DNA of 64,000 nt from Eubacteriales bacterium (GCA_031551255.1 JAVBNW010000066.1:8955-72954); one strand, 5' to 3'. Counted from the stretch's first letter, positions 27,737 to 37,621 are shown. Numbers and translations: made by a program. Notes: generated by a model not told the origin, from the sequence alone.

Positions 27737-28867
27737 CTATCCGTTCTCTCCAAACCAGTATACAATCGAGTCTCTCAACTGCTCAGGCGTACTCCTTTGG
27801 AACCCCTGCAACCCCGGCTCCGGCTTATACGCACTCCAGCAGTCATAATAACTCATATAATTCTTACGCTGAGAAAGATACGCGCGTATTATAGGGGTCG
27901 AAAGTGCAACACGACCTTCCTGCGGGGTGATAGAAGATGGCTGGGCCTGCCGTGTGGAAATCGATCCGCTGAACCAAGCGATCATGTGGTTGATATGTTC
28001 GCGGTCACTGCCTGCCCAATACATTTTACGGCCCCGAAAACGTATTTCGTCCAAAATACGTTTTGTTTTTTCTAGTGTGGGCATAGTTACCCCTTCGCCT
28101 GTTGGATACAGCGCATTGAAGATGATGCAGCCGAAAGAACCGGATAGCTTTTGCAGCGTAAACACATCGCCATGCTTTTGCAAGAATCGCCACACCTTGG
28201 TCTTTTCCCAGTTCCAGCGGCGGCCCAAAGTATCCAGCGTCAATGCGGCGCCAATGCGCTCAAACTGGATGACCGGCGCCAGTTGGGAGAACACATCACG
28301 CGGATTCCGATAGATTGTGTGGCACCAAAGGTCGAGCCAGGCGTCCGCCTCATCAAAGGTATAGCGCTGTTCCACAAGCCGCTGGGTGATGTCTCGCGGC
28401 ACGCAGAGGAAACCATACCCGTCCGTGGTGTACACGACACCCTCGGAGCATGCCGCGCCCGAGCATTTCACGACCCAATCCCTGATCTTATACGTGAGCT
28501 TCTTCGTAACGGGATCCAAGTCATAATCGATATATCCGAGTTCAGAAAGCTGATCCATGACCTCCAGCGTCTTTTGCCGGTTCTTGATCCACAGAATGCT
28601 CTTCAACCCCACAACGCCACCAGCCCAGGTTCCAGCCTCGACCTCGTTGATATAGCCGCAATAGGTGGAATGCCCCGCGCGAAAAGCGGCCCTGGAAGCC
28701 AATCCGACCCACGCGCCCATAATCCCCTTGCCCTGTGGTAGCAAGTTGCGCGGCGCCTTAACCCACGAGCATTTCATGACGATGCTCCTTTCAATTGCAA
28801 ATGAAAAGGCCGGCAAATACCGGCCATAGTTGAGATCAAGACGCCCTATTCTTTTGTGTTTCACCAT
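27737..28867 (-). CDS. Mobile-element protein, putative winged-helix replication-initiator-like
   Basis: AWLDLWCH..LGRRWNWEKTKVWRFL resembles phage/ICE replication protein N-termini; first gene after rlmD; start uncertain. Confidence 0.55.
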   Translation of the reverse strand: MVKHKRIGRLDLNYGRYLPAFSFAIERSIVMKCSWVKAPRNLLPQGKGIMGAWVGLASRAAFRAGHSTYCGYINEVEAGTWAGGVVGLKSILWIKNRQKTLEVMDQLSELGYIDYDLDPVTKKLTYKIRDWVVKCSGAACSEGVVYTTDGYGFLCVPRDITQRLVEQRYTFDEADAWLDLWCHTIYRNPRDVFSQLAPVIQFERIGAALTLDTLGRRWNWEKTKVWRFLQKHGDVFTLQKLSGSFGCIIFNALYPTGEGVTMPTLEKTKRILDEIRFRGRKMYWAGSDREHINHMIAWFSGSISTRQAQPSSITPQEGRVALSTPIIRAYLSQRKNYMSYYDCWSAYKPEPGLQGFQRSTPEQLRDSIVYWFGENG

Positions 28868-28990
28868 ACCAGATCAACGACGACTTTTACGGTTACACAC
28901 TTTTTAGGCGCTTATTTCAGCTTTTGTCACCGTTTTCATCCAACACGATATGGCCCGTAAAGTGCCTAAAACAAAGGGCTTCTACACACC

Positions 28991-30256
28991 TTAGCGTTGT
29001 AGTAAAACGATCGTCTCCACATGCGCGGTCCACGGAAACATGTCCACGGGAACCGCTTGGATGAGCCGGTATGCCCCGGACAGCGCCTTGACATCCCGCG
29101 CAAGCGTCGCCGGATCGCACGAGATGTACACGATCTTTTCGGGCCGGGCCTCGAGTGCCGCGGCAATCACCTTTTCGTCACAGCCCCGGCGCGGCGGGTC
29201 GAGCACGAGCACATCGCAGCGCATGCCCGGCAAAAGCGCCTCGCAAGCCCCGAGCAAAAAGCGTACGTTGCGTGCGCCGTTCATCTGCGCCGACTCGCGC
29301 GCCTGGGCGGTCGCGTCCGGAACGATCTCGATGCCCACCGCCTCCTTCGCACGCGCGGCCAGCAGCTGCGTAAGGCTGCCCGCTCCGCAGTAGGCGTCGA
29401 TCACCCGCTCCGAACCGTTGAGCTGCGCGAGATTGAGCGCAGCTTCGTACAGCCTGTCCGCCTGCGCGGGGTTCACCTGGCGAAAACTGCCGGGCGATAC
29501 CCTGGCGCGCACGCCCATAGCCTCTTCCTCGAGAAAAATTGCGCCCCAAAGTGGGCGATAGAGGCCTTCTTTTCCTTCTTCGCCCGCGCCCATGCCCCAA
29601 AGCGCCCCGGCAAGCTGCGGAAGTTTTTCGCGCATCCGCTGTGCCCATCGCCCGGCGAGGGGCGGCTTTTCGCGCGCATGCAGCGCCGCAAGCGCGGAAC
29701 CGCCCCGCGCGGTGCACATCAAAAGCGACAGCGCCTCTCCGCCCTCGCCGAGCCATGCGCGGGTAGCCTCCAGTGCAGGCGCAAACGCCCGCCCCTGCAA
29801 GAGACAGTCCGCCATAGGGACGATGCTGCGGCTATTCGCGCGGTAAAACCCGATTTCTCCGCCGTCAGCCGGTACGACGGCCTTGTTGCGGTAGCGCCAC
29901 GGGTCTTCCATGCCGGCGATTTGCGTAACCGGAGCATTCTTAAGGCCCCCAATGCGCGCAAGGCAATCGCAAACGCGTCGCCGCTTTTGCTCAAGCGCCC
30001 TTGTATAGCCCATATGCTGCATCGAGCAGCCACCGCAAGCCCCGTAATACGGGCATGGGGCAACCGCGCGCTCCGGGCTTGCGCACAGAACGTCCAAAAG
30101 ATCGGCAAATGCATGGCTCTTTTGCTCGCGAAGCATGCGCACGCGCACATTCTCCCCCGCAAGCGCCCCCTGCACAAACACGGCCTTGCGCTGCCAAAAA
30201 CCGATGCCCACGCCCTCTCCGCTCTCCCTGGAGATCTCCAAATCGAACTCGCGCAC
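28991..30256 (-). CDS. rlmD: 23S rRNA (uracil-C5)-methyltransferase, RlmD/RumA family
   Basis: CPYYGACGGC, YRNK, FRQVN, DAYCGAG, DPPRRGC, YISCDPATLARD, DMFPWTAHVE. Confidence 0.95.
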   Translation of the reverse strand: MREFDLEISRESGEGVGIGFWQRKAVFVQGALAGENVRVRMLREQKSHAFADLLDVLCASPERAVAPCPYYGACGGCSMQHMGYTRALEQKRRRVCDCLARIGGLKNAPVTQIAGMEDPWRYRNKAVVPADGGEIGFYRANSRSIVPMADCLLQGRAFAPALEATRAWLGEGGEALSLLMCTARGGSALAALHAREKPPLAGRWAQRMREKLPQLAGALWGMGAGEEGKEGLYRPLWGAIFLEEEAMGVRARVSPGSFRQVNPAQADRLYEAALNLAQLNGSERVIDAYCGAGSLTQLLAARAKEAVGIEIVPDATAQARESAQMNGARNVRFLLGACEALLPGMRCDVLVLDPPRRGCDEKVIAAALEARPEKIVYISCDPATLARDVKALSGAYRLIQAVPVDMFPWTAHVETIVLLQR

Positions 30257-30339
30257 GATACCTCCACGCCGGCCTCGCCGCCTCGTCGGTTGACGAGCGC
30301 CGCCTAATTCGCTATGCTGTTTGCATCTTCATCGGCATT

Positions 30340-30516
30340 TATGGCCGCCGACCTTGAAAACCGGACAAAACGAGCGAACAGCTTTTCAAGCTTTTCACCT
30401 CCTCGCGAAGGCGAAGAGAAGCGTGACCGACAGCCACGTCGACTGACGTCGACAACGCGGAGCGGAAAAAAGGCTGCTCAGGCGCCCGAACCGAATTTTC
30501 AGACTCGACGACTATA
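30340..30516. repeat. Diverged member of the TA-flanked hairpin repeat family (cf. 39125, 62083)
   Basis: Imperfect terminal IRs TATGGCCGCCGACCTTGAAAA / TTTTCAGACTCGACGACTATA; internal AGCGAAC, CTCGCGA, CGACT..GACAA in the same order. Confidence 0.65.
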
Positions 30517-30579
30517 TACATCGTTTTTAGTGTAACATATTCCCGCCCGGCATTTCAATGCGGCGAAGGAGGACGAACG

Positions 30580-31734
30580 ATGCGCATCAGCAACATCACA
30601 ACCTGGCTGGTATCCCCGACGGGCGTGTATTTAAGGATCGACACGGACGAAGGCATTTGCGGCTATGGCGAGGCGACGATACCCTACTTTCCCCAATCTG
30701 CCCACGGTATGCTCAAGGATATTAAGGCCTATCTGCTGGGCGAGGATCCATTCCGCATCGAATATTTGTGGCAGTCGCTGTTCCGTGATATGTTCATGCG
30801 CGGCGGGCCCTCGCACATGGCGGCGATCAGCGCGGTGGACATGGCGCTTTACGATATCAAGGGCAAGGCGCTGGGCGTTCCGGTGTACGAGCTGCTCGGC
30901 GGACTCGCGCGCGACAAGGTACGCCTGTACGGCCACGTCGCTGCCAAAAGCGCGGGAGAAATCGCCGCCAAGGCGAAAAAGCTGGCGGATACGGGCGTGA
31001 CGATGATCAGGTTCCGCGCATTTCACGGCTCGGATGCCCAAAGGGAGTTCGACTACGCCACGGGCGTCGCCGAGCAGCTCGATTACTTGGATGCAATCCA
31101 GGCTACAGTCGGCTCCGCCGCCGACATCATCGTAGAGTGTCACGGTCGCTACGACCTGCCCTGGGCCGTAAAGCTCGCCAAGCAGTTGGAAAAGCGCGAG
31201 CATATCTTCTTTATGGAAGATCCTCTCAGGCAGGAAAATCCCGCCATGATGGAAGCGCTGCGCCGCCAAACCTCCGTGCCCCTCGCCACCGGCGAACGCT
31301 GCCACAGCCGCTGGGATTTTCGCGAGCTGTTCACCGCCAACTCCATCGACTACGCAAGGCCCGATGTATGCCATTGCGGCGGGATCAGCGAGATGATGAA
31401 AATCGCCTCCTTCGCGCAGACATACGGCGTATCCGTCGTGCCACACAATACGCAGGGACCCTTGGGCATGGCCGCCTGCCTGCACGCGGCGTTTGCGATC
31501 GACAACATCTCGGTGGTCGAGGCTGCCTATGCCAACCCCGACAACGTGGATCGCAAGGCGGAGGCGTTTGCGCAAAGCTGGCCTGCCTGCGCAGGCGGCT
31601 ACTCCCTCCCGCCCAAAGGCCCCGGGCTGGGCGTTACGGTCGATGAGGCGGCGCTTGACGAGGCGCAGGCGAACTTTCGCCCGCCGGTTCAGCCCCGGCT
31701 GCGCGCGTACGATGGCTCCGTGCGGGATTGGTAG
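30580..31734 (+). CDS. Mandelate racemase/galactonate dehydratase-like enolase superfamily protein
   Basis: TDEGICGYGE, AISAVDMALYDIKGKALGVPVYELLGG, EDP, TGER, PHN, PGLGV. Confidence 0.92.
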   Translation: MRISNITTWLVSPTGVYLRIDTDEGICGYGEATIPYFPQSAHGMLKDIKAYLLGEDPFRIEYLWQSLFRDMFMRGGPSHMAAISAVDMALYDIKGKALGVPVYELLGGLARDKVRLYGHVAAKSAGEIAAKAKKLADTGVTMIRFRAFHGSDAQREFDYATGVAEQLDYLDAIQATVGSAADIIVECHGRYDLPWAVKLAKQLEKREHIFFMEDPLRQENPAMMEALRRQTSVPLATGERCHSRWDFRELFTANSIDYARPDVCHCGGISEMMKIASFAQTYGVSVVPHNTQGPLGMAACLHAAFAIDNISVVEAAYANPDNVDRKAEAFAQSWPACAGGYSLPPKGPGLGVTVDEAALDEAQANFRPPVQPRLRAYDGSVRDW

Positions 31735-31765
31735 GGCGCATAGGACAACATAAAGAGAAGGGTAA

Positions 31766-32311
31766 GTGCCCATGAAGCTTGCGGCAGGCGCGAAGGCTCC
31801 CAATTTTTCATATAACACTCCTTATGAAACGAACGTGAACTTCTACGCCTCGCTCAGGGCAAGGCATAACATCCTCATTTTTTCGCGCTATATCGGCTGC
31901 CCGCTCTGCCAGCTGAAGCTTATGCAAACGGCAAGCGAGTATGCCGCGGTTGCACGGGCAGGCGGCGAGATCTACTTCGTGCTGCAGTCCACTGTGGAAA
32001 GCGCGAAAGAACAGCTGGAAGAGATGGGCGTTCGTTTTCCGGTGATCCTCGATCCTGACGAAGCACTGTACAAACTCTACGGCGTATCGCCTGCAAAATC
32101 GAAGCTTGGGCTGGCATCGCCCACGGTAATAGGGCTAATCGGCCAAGCAAAGCGCGAAGGCATAGCGCATGGAAAACACGAGGGAAACGAGCTTCAGCTA
32201 CCGGCCACGTTTATCGTAGGCGAACACGGCGTCGTCGAGTATGCCCGCTACGGCAGGCACGGCGCGGATTATCCCAGCCTTACTACGCTGCTGTCGTTGC
32301 TGGAAAAATAG
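31766..32311 (+). CDS. AhpC/TSA (peroxiredoxin-like) family protein
   Basis: GAKAPNF, RYIGCPLC, QLPATFIV. Confidence 0.85.
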   Translation: MPMKLAAGAKAPNFSYNTPYETNVNFYASLRARHNILIFSRYIGCPLCQLKLMQTASEYAAVARAGGEIYFVLQSTVESAKEQLEEMGVRFPVILDPDEALYKLYGVSPAKSKLGLASPTVIGLIGQAKREGIAHGKHEGNELQLPATFIVGEHGVVEYARYGRHGADYPSLTTLLSLLEK

Positions 32312-32338
32312 CGCCCATACGGCGGAGGTGCTTGTGCT

Positions 32339-32890
32339 ATGCGCTATGTCGCCCTGTTCCGCGGCCTAAACGTCGGCGGCAGGAACATCGTAAAAATGGC
32401 GGAGTTAAAGGCGATGCTTACAGAGCTGGGCCTTGAGGATGTGCGGACGTACATCCAGAGCGGGAATGCTCTATTTTCGTCCGGCGAAGGGGAAGCGGCC
32501 CTATCGCTCGCCATTGAGCGGGCGTTTACGGATAGGTTCGGCTTTCACAGCGGCGTCGCGCTGCGGGCGCAGGATGAGTTGGCGGCGATTGTGTCGGGCG
32601 TTCCGTTTTCGCTGGAAGAAATCGTCGCGGCGGAAAAGGCGGCGGCGGGCGCCGAGGCCCTGTATTGCTATTTGCTCGCCGAAACGGCGCCCCGCGCCGA
32701 GATAGAGATGCTGTGCGCTTCGTATACTGGCCGGGACAGGCTTGTTGCATCCGGGCGCGAAATCTATCTTTTGTGTCGCCAGAGCATTCGCGATTCCAAG
32801 CCGGCGATGTCTCTTCAAAAGCTCGCATTGCCCATGACATCGCGCAATCTCAAGACGCTGCGGAAGCTATACGAGCTTATGATCGCGTAA
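32339..32890 (+). CDS. DUF1697 family protein
   Basis: YVALFRGLNVGG..VKMAEL..TYIQSGN..TSRN. Confidence 0.92.
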   Translation: MRYVALFRGLNVGGRNIVKMAELKAMLTELGLEDVRTYIQSGNALFSSGEGEAALSLAIERAFTDRFGFHSGVALRAQDELAAIVSGVPFSLEEIVAAEKAAAGAEALYCYLLAETAPRAEIEMLCASYTGRDRLVASGREIYLLCRQSIRDSKPAMSLQKLALPMTSRNLKTLRKLYELMIA

Positions 32891-32917
32891 AATCGGCGGG
32901 TTAGCGAGGTGCATAGT

Positions 32918-33541
32918 ATGAAACCGAAAACTGAAATCAGGGTAATACCCGCCCGGGAACTGGGCGACGGCGTCCGCGATGACATCGGCACAATTTTCAC
33001 GGAAGGCTTTTATCAGTGGCTGCATTTCTTTTCGAAGGATAAGGAAAGGCTGACGCGGGCCTTCCGGCACATGTTTCAGTTGGATTTATTTTATGTCGCC
33101 CTGATCGACGGAGACGTCGTCGGCATCGCTGCCTGTACCGACGGAAAAACCCCTTGCGTGAAGATCGAAACGCGCGAGCTGCGCCGCCATCTGGGCTTTG
33201 TGCGCGGAATCATCGCCGGAGCCGTTTTGAAAGATCAGCTCGAGCGGCACGCGTATCCCTTCGCGCTCGATCCGAGGGGTAAGACGGGCTCGGTCGAGTT
33301 TGTCGCGACATCGCCAAGATATCGCGGGCAGGGAGTGGCGTCGGCGATCATACGCCATTTTTTCAGCTTTCCACAGTACGATGAATTCGTGCTGGAGGTC
33401 GCCGACACCAATGCAGGGGCAGTTATGCTCTACGAAAAATTAGGGTTCTGCGAATGCATGCGGGTAAAAATGCAAAACCAGAAGAGGAGCGGCGTGAACT
33501 ACTTGGTGTATATGAGGGCAAACGCTCGTGGGTGGGAATGA
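32918..33541 (+). CDS. GNAT family N-acetyltransferase
   Basis: FVATSPRYRGQGVA, LEVADTN..LYEKLGF. Confidence 0.9.
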   Translation: MKPKTEIRVIPARELGDGVRDDIGTIFTEGFYQWLHFFSKDKERLTRAFRHMFQLDLFYVALIDGDVVGIAACTDGKTPCVKIETRELRRHLGFVRGIIAGAVLKDQLERHAYPFALDPRGKTGSVEFVATSPRYRGQGVASAIIRHFFSFPQYDEFVLEVADTNAGAVMLYEKLGFCECMRVKMQNQKRSGVNYLVYMRANARGWE

Positions 33542-33548
33542 CGCGGTG

Positions 33549-33925
33549 ATGGCCGTGCAGCGCGATCTTCTTAATCAACACGTCGCCGCCATGTTCGTGC
33601 TGGACGGATGCTCCCGGATGCTCCCGGCTGCTCACCGTCAACGAGCCGTGGGATAAAACCCGGCCGGCCCCGGCGGTTTATTTCAAGCCAGACCATACAA
33701 GGCGAAGCAGCTTACCACTTTCACCAGGCGCTGGCGCGAGAAACCATATCGCATTCCTGAGGATATAGGGCTGCCGGAGAACGAGGCCTTGCTCACGGGC
33801 GAAAACATCGGCGATTACGAACTCGGGGCCTTCCCGTGGCTCAAAGATGAAATTCCCTTCGCTCAGCCCTACGCCGCGCTCGTATGCGAAGGCCGCACCG
33901 CATCCGTGTGCCGCAGCGTGCGCGG
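33549..33925 (+). pseudogene. Truncated, frameshifted GNAT-like gene
   Basis: HVAAMFVLDG-RLLTVNEPW..ASVCRSVR; 10-bp tandem duplication GGATGCTCCC at 33606..33625 shifts the frame. Confidence 0.55.
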
Positions 33926-33929
33926 GCGG

Positions 33930-34348
33930 GAGGAGATGTGACGCCCGATCCCTCCGGCGAAGTCCTGCGGCAGGTGCGCCTGCGCTACCTGCTGACGGCT
34001 CATGCCGCCGGCGCCTATTGCGCGGCGGGCTTTTCCATTGTCGTTAAAGACTGCTACTTTGGTGCGGAGGCCATGGCGCTGCTCAGGGCCATCCGCTCGC
34101 GCCCATTGCACCTGACAACGCTCAACTAAAGCGCGAAAGCGGTGATGCGGCGCGAGGTGGCGCGCGGCAAGACGGACTATCGCTCATGGGATGCCGAGGC
34201 GCTACGCCGGGTGCTCGTCCAGGAAAACCCGCGCATCGGGCCATGGCTGGATACTTCGAATATGACGGCGGAGGAAACGGCGGCGCATCTCATAGCGCGT
34301 GCGCAGGAAGCGAGAATAAGCGAGGAGGCCTTATCATGGGAAACATAG
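33930..34348 (+). pseudogene. 5'-truncated P-loop phosphotransferase/AAA-family gene with internal stop
   Basis: QVRLRYLL..AGFSIVV..TTLN*SAKAVMRRE..RIGPWLDTSNMTAEET in one frame with TAA at 34127. Confidence 0.6.
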
Positions 34349-34950
34349 AAAAATTCGAAGCTATGGCCGGGCGATACGACACTGCCGAGCGGATTGCCGT
34401 TGCACAGGCAATCGCCCGGGCCATTCGAGAGCAGGTTCATCATGCCCACGAAAAGGAAGCGATCGATTATGGATGTGGAACCGGCCTTGTGGGGTTGGAG
34501 CTTACGGATCTGTTCCGTTCCGTCCTCTTCATCGACGCTTCGCCCGGGATGGTGGAGCAGGTAAGGCGCAAAATCGAGGCCGCCGATACGCCCGGCGCCC
34601 GGGCAATGTGCGCCGATTTCATGGCGGAACCGCCGCCCAACGTGCGCGCGGACTACATCATCGTGGCGCAGGTGCTTTTGCACATCCCGGATATCGAACC
34701 GTTTTTATCGCGCCTGCGCATGGCGCTGCGCCCGGGCGGCCATTTGCTGATCGTCGATTTTGACAAAAACGAAGCGGTGGAGTCCGTACTGGTGCACAAT
34801 GGCTTCGAGCAGCCTGCATTGGTGGAAACCCTGATGAAATTGGGGTTTACCGAGGCCGAATCCAAAACCTTTTACCATGGCGAAGGTATCTTCATGAAAA
34901 AGGATGCCTCGCTATTTCTGCTCGATGCAGTAAAAAATGGCGCGCCATAA
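34336..34950 (+). CDS. Class I SAM-dependent methyltransferase
   Basis: IDYGCGTG, DASPGM, LRPGG; RBS GAGGAGG. Confidence 0.92.
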   Translation: MGNIEKFEAMAGRYDTAERIAVAQAIARAIREQVHHAHEKEAIDYGCGTGLVGLELTDLFRSVLFIDASPGMVEQVRRKIEAADTPGARAMCADFMAEPPPNVRADYIIVAQVLLHIPDIEPFLSRLRMALRPGGHLLIVDFDKNEAVESVLVHNGFEQPALVETLMKLGFTEAESKTFYHGEGIFMKKDASLFLLDAVKNGAP

Positions 34951-35028
34951 TGCCGGAATCTGTGCGAGAAATCGCTTTCTTCGCCGAATATACTATCCTG
35001 TCTAACGGTTGAGGTTCAGCTCAATAGA

Positions 35029-35418
35029 TTATTGGGCAACTATTTCAATTCGATTCCCATCAGGATCGGAAACGCAGCTTTCACAATATCCATCGCCTGT
35101 AGTGCGTGGTTCGCTGAAAACGGTAAAGCCGTCGCTGCTTAAGCGCTCGGTAAGGAGTTCAACCGCCGTTTTACTTTCAGCACTGAACGCAATGTGTGTA
35201 TATCCCAAAAACTCCCCATGAATTCCTATTTCCGACAATTCCAGCTTCGGCATTATCTCAAGCATGCCATCATCTTCAAAATGCAAAAAATGCGCTCTTA
35301 GCCCCATTTTCGGGTTGTGATATTGCGCATTCGAGGTTGCATCAAAATATTTCTCATAAAATTCTCGTGTTTTTTCCAAGTCCCCGACAAAAACGGCTAC
35401 ATGATTTGCTCGCATCAT
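35029..35418 (-). CDS. VOC/glyoxalase family protein (lower GC)
   Basis: HVAVFVGDLE..FY, HIAFS, DPDGNRIE; RBS GGGAGG. Confidence 0.9.
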   Translation of the reverse strand: MMRANHVAVFVGDLEKTREFYEKYFDATSNAQYHNPKMGLRAHFLHFEDDGMLEIMPKLELSEIGIHGEFLGYTHIAFSAESKTAVELLTERLSSDGFTVFSEPRTTGDGYCESCVSDPDGNRIEIVAQ

Positions 35419-35549
35419 ATTCCTCCCGGGTGAACTATAAACGTTCTTCATCCCGCTTATACGGCGTATGGGGAAAACGCCAACAAAGAAACCACAAACC
35501 CGCTCGTAGAGCGGGTTTGTGGGAGGATGCTTTTTCATCCACACATTCT

Positions 35550-35639
35550 TGGCGGAGGAAGAGAGATTTGAACTCTCGCGTCGGTTTCCCGGCCTACTCC
35601 CTTAGCAGGGGAGCCCCTTCACCACTTGGGTATTCCTCC
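35550..35639 (-). tRNA. tRNA-Ser(GCT)
   Basis: GGAGGAATACCCAAGTGG..CTGCTAA..long variable arm..GTTCAAATC..CCA. Confidence 0.96.
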
Positions 35640-35645
35640 TCATCT

Positions 35646-35733
<88 letters not shown>

Positions 35734-35821
35734 CTGTCAGACAGGCACATCCGGCAGTTTGCCAGCCGATAACCCCACCCGGCGACCAAACCCCGCCGGC
35801 GGCAGCAAAGACTGCCGACAC

Positions 35822-35850
35822 AGTATATCGCACGCGAACACGGCTGTCAA
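35822..35850 (-). promoter_or_regulatory. Sigma-A promoter for the tRNA-Ser pair
   Basis: TTGACA-17bp-TATACT. Confidence 0.85.
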
Positions 35851-36045
35851 GGAGCGCCGGCAATCTCCCGGCTACGAAATCCACAGCGCACTTTACGCAT
35901 GCGCGCGCGGCGGTGTATCGGCCCTGTCAAAGGCCACATGCCGCCAAGAGCGACGCGCCACAAAGGCAAAACTCGCGCATAAACCATGTTGCCGATTGCA
36001 ATTTATGCGTTTTAGCCGGGCCATTTGTTCCACAGTGTGAAATAG

Positions 36046-36078
36046 CGATTAACCCCCGAATAACCGCCGATTAACAAG
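36046..36078 (+). promoter_or_regulatory. Pho-box-like triple direct repeat
   Basis: CGATTAACCCC CGAATAACCGC CGATTAACAAG, 11-bp period, upstream of the pstC-like gene. Confidence 0.65.
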
Positions 36079-36150
36079 GGGTTGTTGAGCCGCCCGTTTT
36101 CCTCCTTTACAATGCAATAGGGAATGTTTGCACGAAACGGAGGCGAAAAC

Positions 36151-36912
36151 ATGCAGCAAGCGCTTGGGCGCATGCCGGGCAGAGCTGCGCGGGTCTTCGC
36201 CGTGCTGCTTGTTTGTGCGCTGCCGCTCGCATATCTCGCCCTGTTTTTGCCTAACTGCGCCGGTGCGGCGTTCGCAGACGCGCTGGTGTCTCTGGGCGTC
36301 TCCTTTCTGCTGGCCATCGCCGCTCAACTTTTTATCGCCCCGCTTTCGCTATGCTATGCGTTTTCGCTGTTTGCCCTGTCCCCCTCGCCACGCAAACGAA
36401 TCCTCATGCGCGTCACACATTTTCTAAACGGCATCCCCCCCGTCGCCTGTGCGCTTGCCATACTCGCGCCTGCCCTCGCCTTGGGGGGCGGGCCTTCGGT
36501 TTTTATCGCGGTGTTGTCGCTTGCCGCCGCCTGCCTTCCCCGGGCATGCTCCATGCAAGCCCAAGCATTGGGCGATGTGCCCGATCGCTACTTGCTCGCA
36601 TGCGTCTCTCTTGGGGCGACGCGAGCTGAGGCAACCCGGGGTATCGTACTACGGCATGCCCGCAGGCCGATGATTGCGGCATGCCTCGTACTCTTGGCTA
36701 CCGCCATGGATCAGTTGGCCCTTATGCAACTCGCGCTCGGCCTCATACCCGGACTCTTTCCCGCCACAGGCGCGCTGCCTTTGCCTTCTTTACTACTGAG
36801 CGCAAGCGCATCGGGCGATACTTCGACCGCCGCGTTTTGCGCGCTGCTTTTGCTTGGCGCAGGCATGGCCTTCTCACTCGCCGCGCGCTGGGTCGCCAAG
36901 GGGAACCGATGA
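36151..36912 (+). CDS. Highly diverged PstC-like ABC permease
   Basis: Hydrophobic; LNGIPPV; EAA-like loop VPDRYLLACVSLGATRAE; operon context. Confidence 0.7.
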   Translation: MQQALGRMPGRAARVFAVLLVCALPLAYLALFLPNCAGAAFADALVSLGVSFLLAIAAQLFIAPLSLCYAFSLFALSPSPRKRILMRVTHFLNGIPPVACALAILAPALALGGGPSVFIAVLSLAAACLPRACSMQAQALGDVPDRYLLACVSLGATRAEATRGIVLRHARRPMIAACLVLLATAMDQLALMQLALGLIPGLFPATGALPLPSLLLSASASGDTSTAAFCALLLLGAGMAFSLAARWVAKGNR

Positions 36913-37619
36913 AATCGCCCCGTTTTACGATGCGAACCATCATGCACGCCTTCGGCGCGCTTGCGCTCCTTATCGGCCTTTACACGCCCGTCGCAATGGC
37001 TTTGGGTTCGCTGCGCGCTTCGTTTAGCGAAGTATGGCTCTTGGCCGTGCGCTCCTGTCTGCTGGCTATCGGCGCGGGCTGCCTCGCATCGGCGATAGGC
37101 GCGGCTGTAGCGTTGCTCTTATGGGAAGGCGTTCCGCGCCGCGCAAGGGCCACGCTGCTGAATATCCTGTACGCAACGGCGGGCATTCCGTCCGCCGCAA
37201 CGGCAGTGGCCGTGCTGCTGGCGTTCCCCAAGCTTAACGAAACCCTCCGCCTTGTAATCGCGCTTACCATCAGCATAGCGCCTTATGCCGCACGCTATTT
37301 GACAGAAGATTTAAGCTCCCTGCCCAAGTACGCGGTGGATGCTTCCCGGGCGCTCGGCTCAAACGGGCTGCGCATGGTGGTGGATGTCATCCTCCCCTAC
37401 GCGAAAAACTCGCTGCTCTCGACTTTTTTATATGCTGTTGCCCGTGCGTTTGTCGAAACGGCGGCGCTATCCATCCTGCTAAGTGGCGCGCCACGCTTCC
37501 TTGCGGTGAAGGTCGCTGCGGAGCCTCTATCGCCCGCGGCATTTCCCGCAGCCCTCATTCTGTGCATTGGGGCAATGCTGCTCTATGACCGCGCGCAGTT
37601 CCTGCGCGGAAGGAGATAA
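36909..37619 (+). CDS. Highly diverged PstA-like ABC permease
   Basis: AGIPSA; LPKYAVDASRALGS..VILPYA; ARAFVETA; ATGA overlap with the previous gene. Confidence 0.72.
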   Translation: MKSPRFTMRTIMHAFGALALLIGLYTPVAMALGSLRASFSEVWLLAVRSCLLAIGAGCLASAIGAAVALLLWEGVPRRARATLLNILYATAGIPSAATAVAVLLAFPKLNETLRLVIALTISIAPYAARYLTEDLSSLPKYAVDASRALGSNGLRMVVDVILPYAKNSLLSTFLYAVARAFVETAALSILLSGAPRFLAVKVAAEPLSPAAFPAALILCIGAMLLYDRAQFLRGRR

Positions 37620-37621
37620 TC

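Larger units (their letters stand above)
1..28990. mobile_element. Probable decayed genomic island integrated at the rlmD 3' end (left boundary unknown)
   Basis: Position after rlmD (ends HVETIVLLQR); Rep-like and SHOCT-like ORFs; pseudogenes; accessory cargo; no integrase or att duplication seen. Confidence 0.55.

Noticed and set aside
27980-28015. Plus-strand VVDMFAVTA resembling an rlmD 3' duplication (att site)
   Set aside because: Opposite orientation, inside another CDS, weak similarity
30339-30521. Short ORF with strong RBS-like GAGGAGGTG, or tmRNA/6S RNA, upstream of rlmD
   Set aside because: Lies within the hairpin repeat copy; lacks tmRNA tRNA-like ends and tag
31766-35418. Integron cassette array
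   Set aside because: No attC-like repeats between genes and no integrase
35734-35820. GC-rich leader before the tRNA-Ser pair as SRP RNA or a third tRNA
   Set aside because: No SRP domain IV motif or T-loop/CCA recognisable
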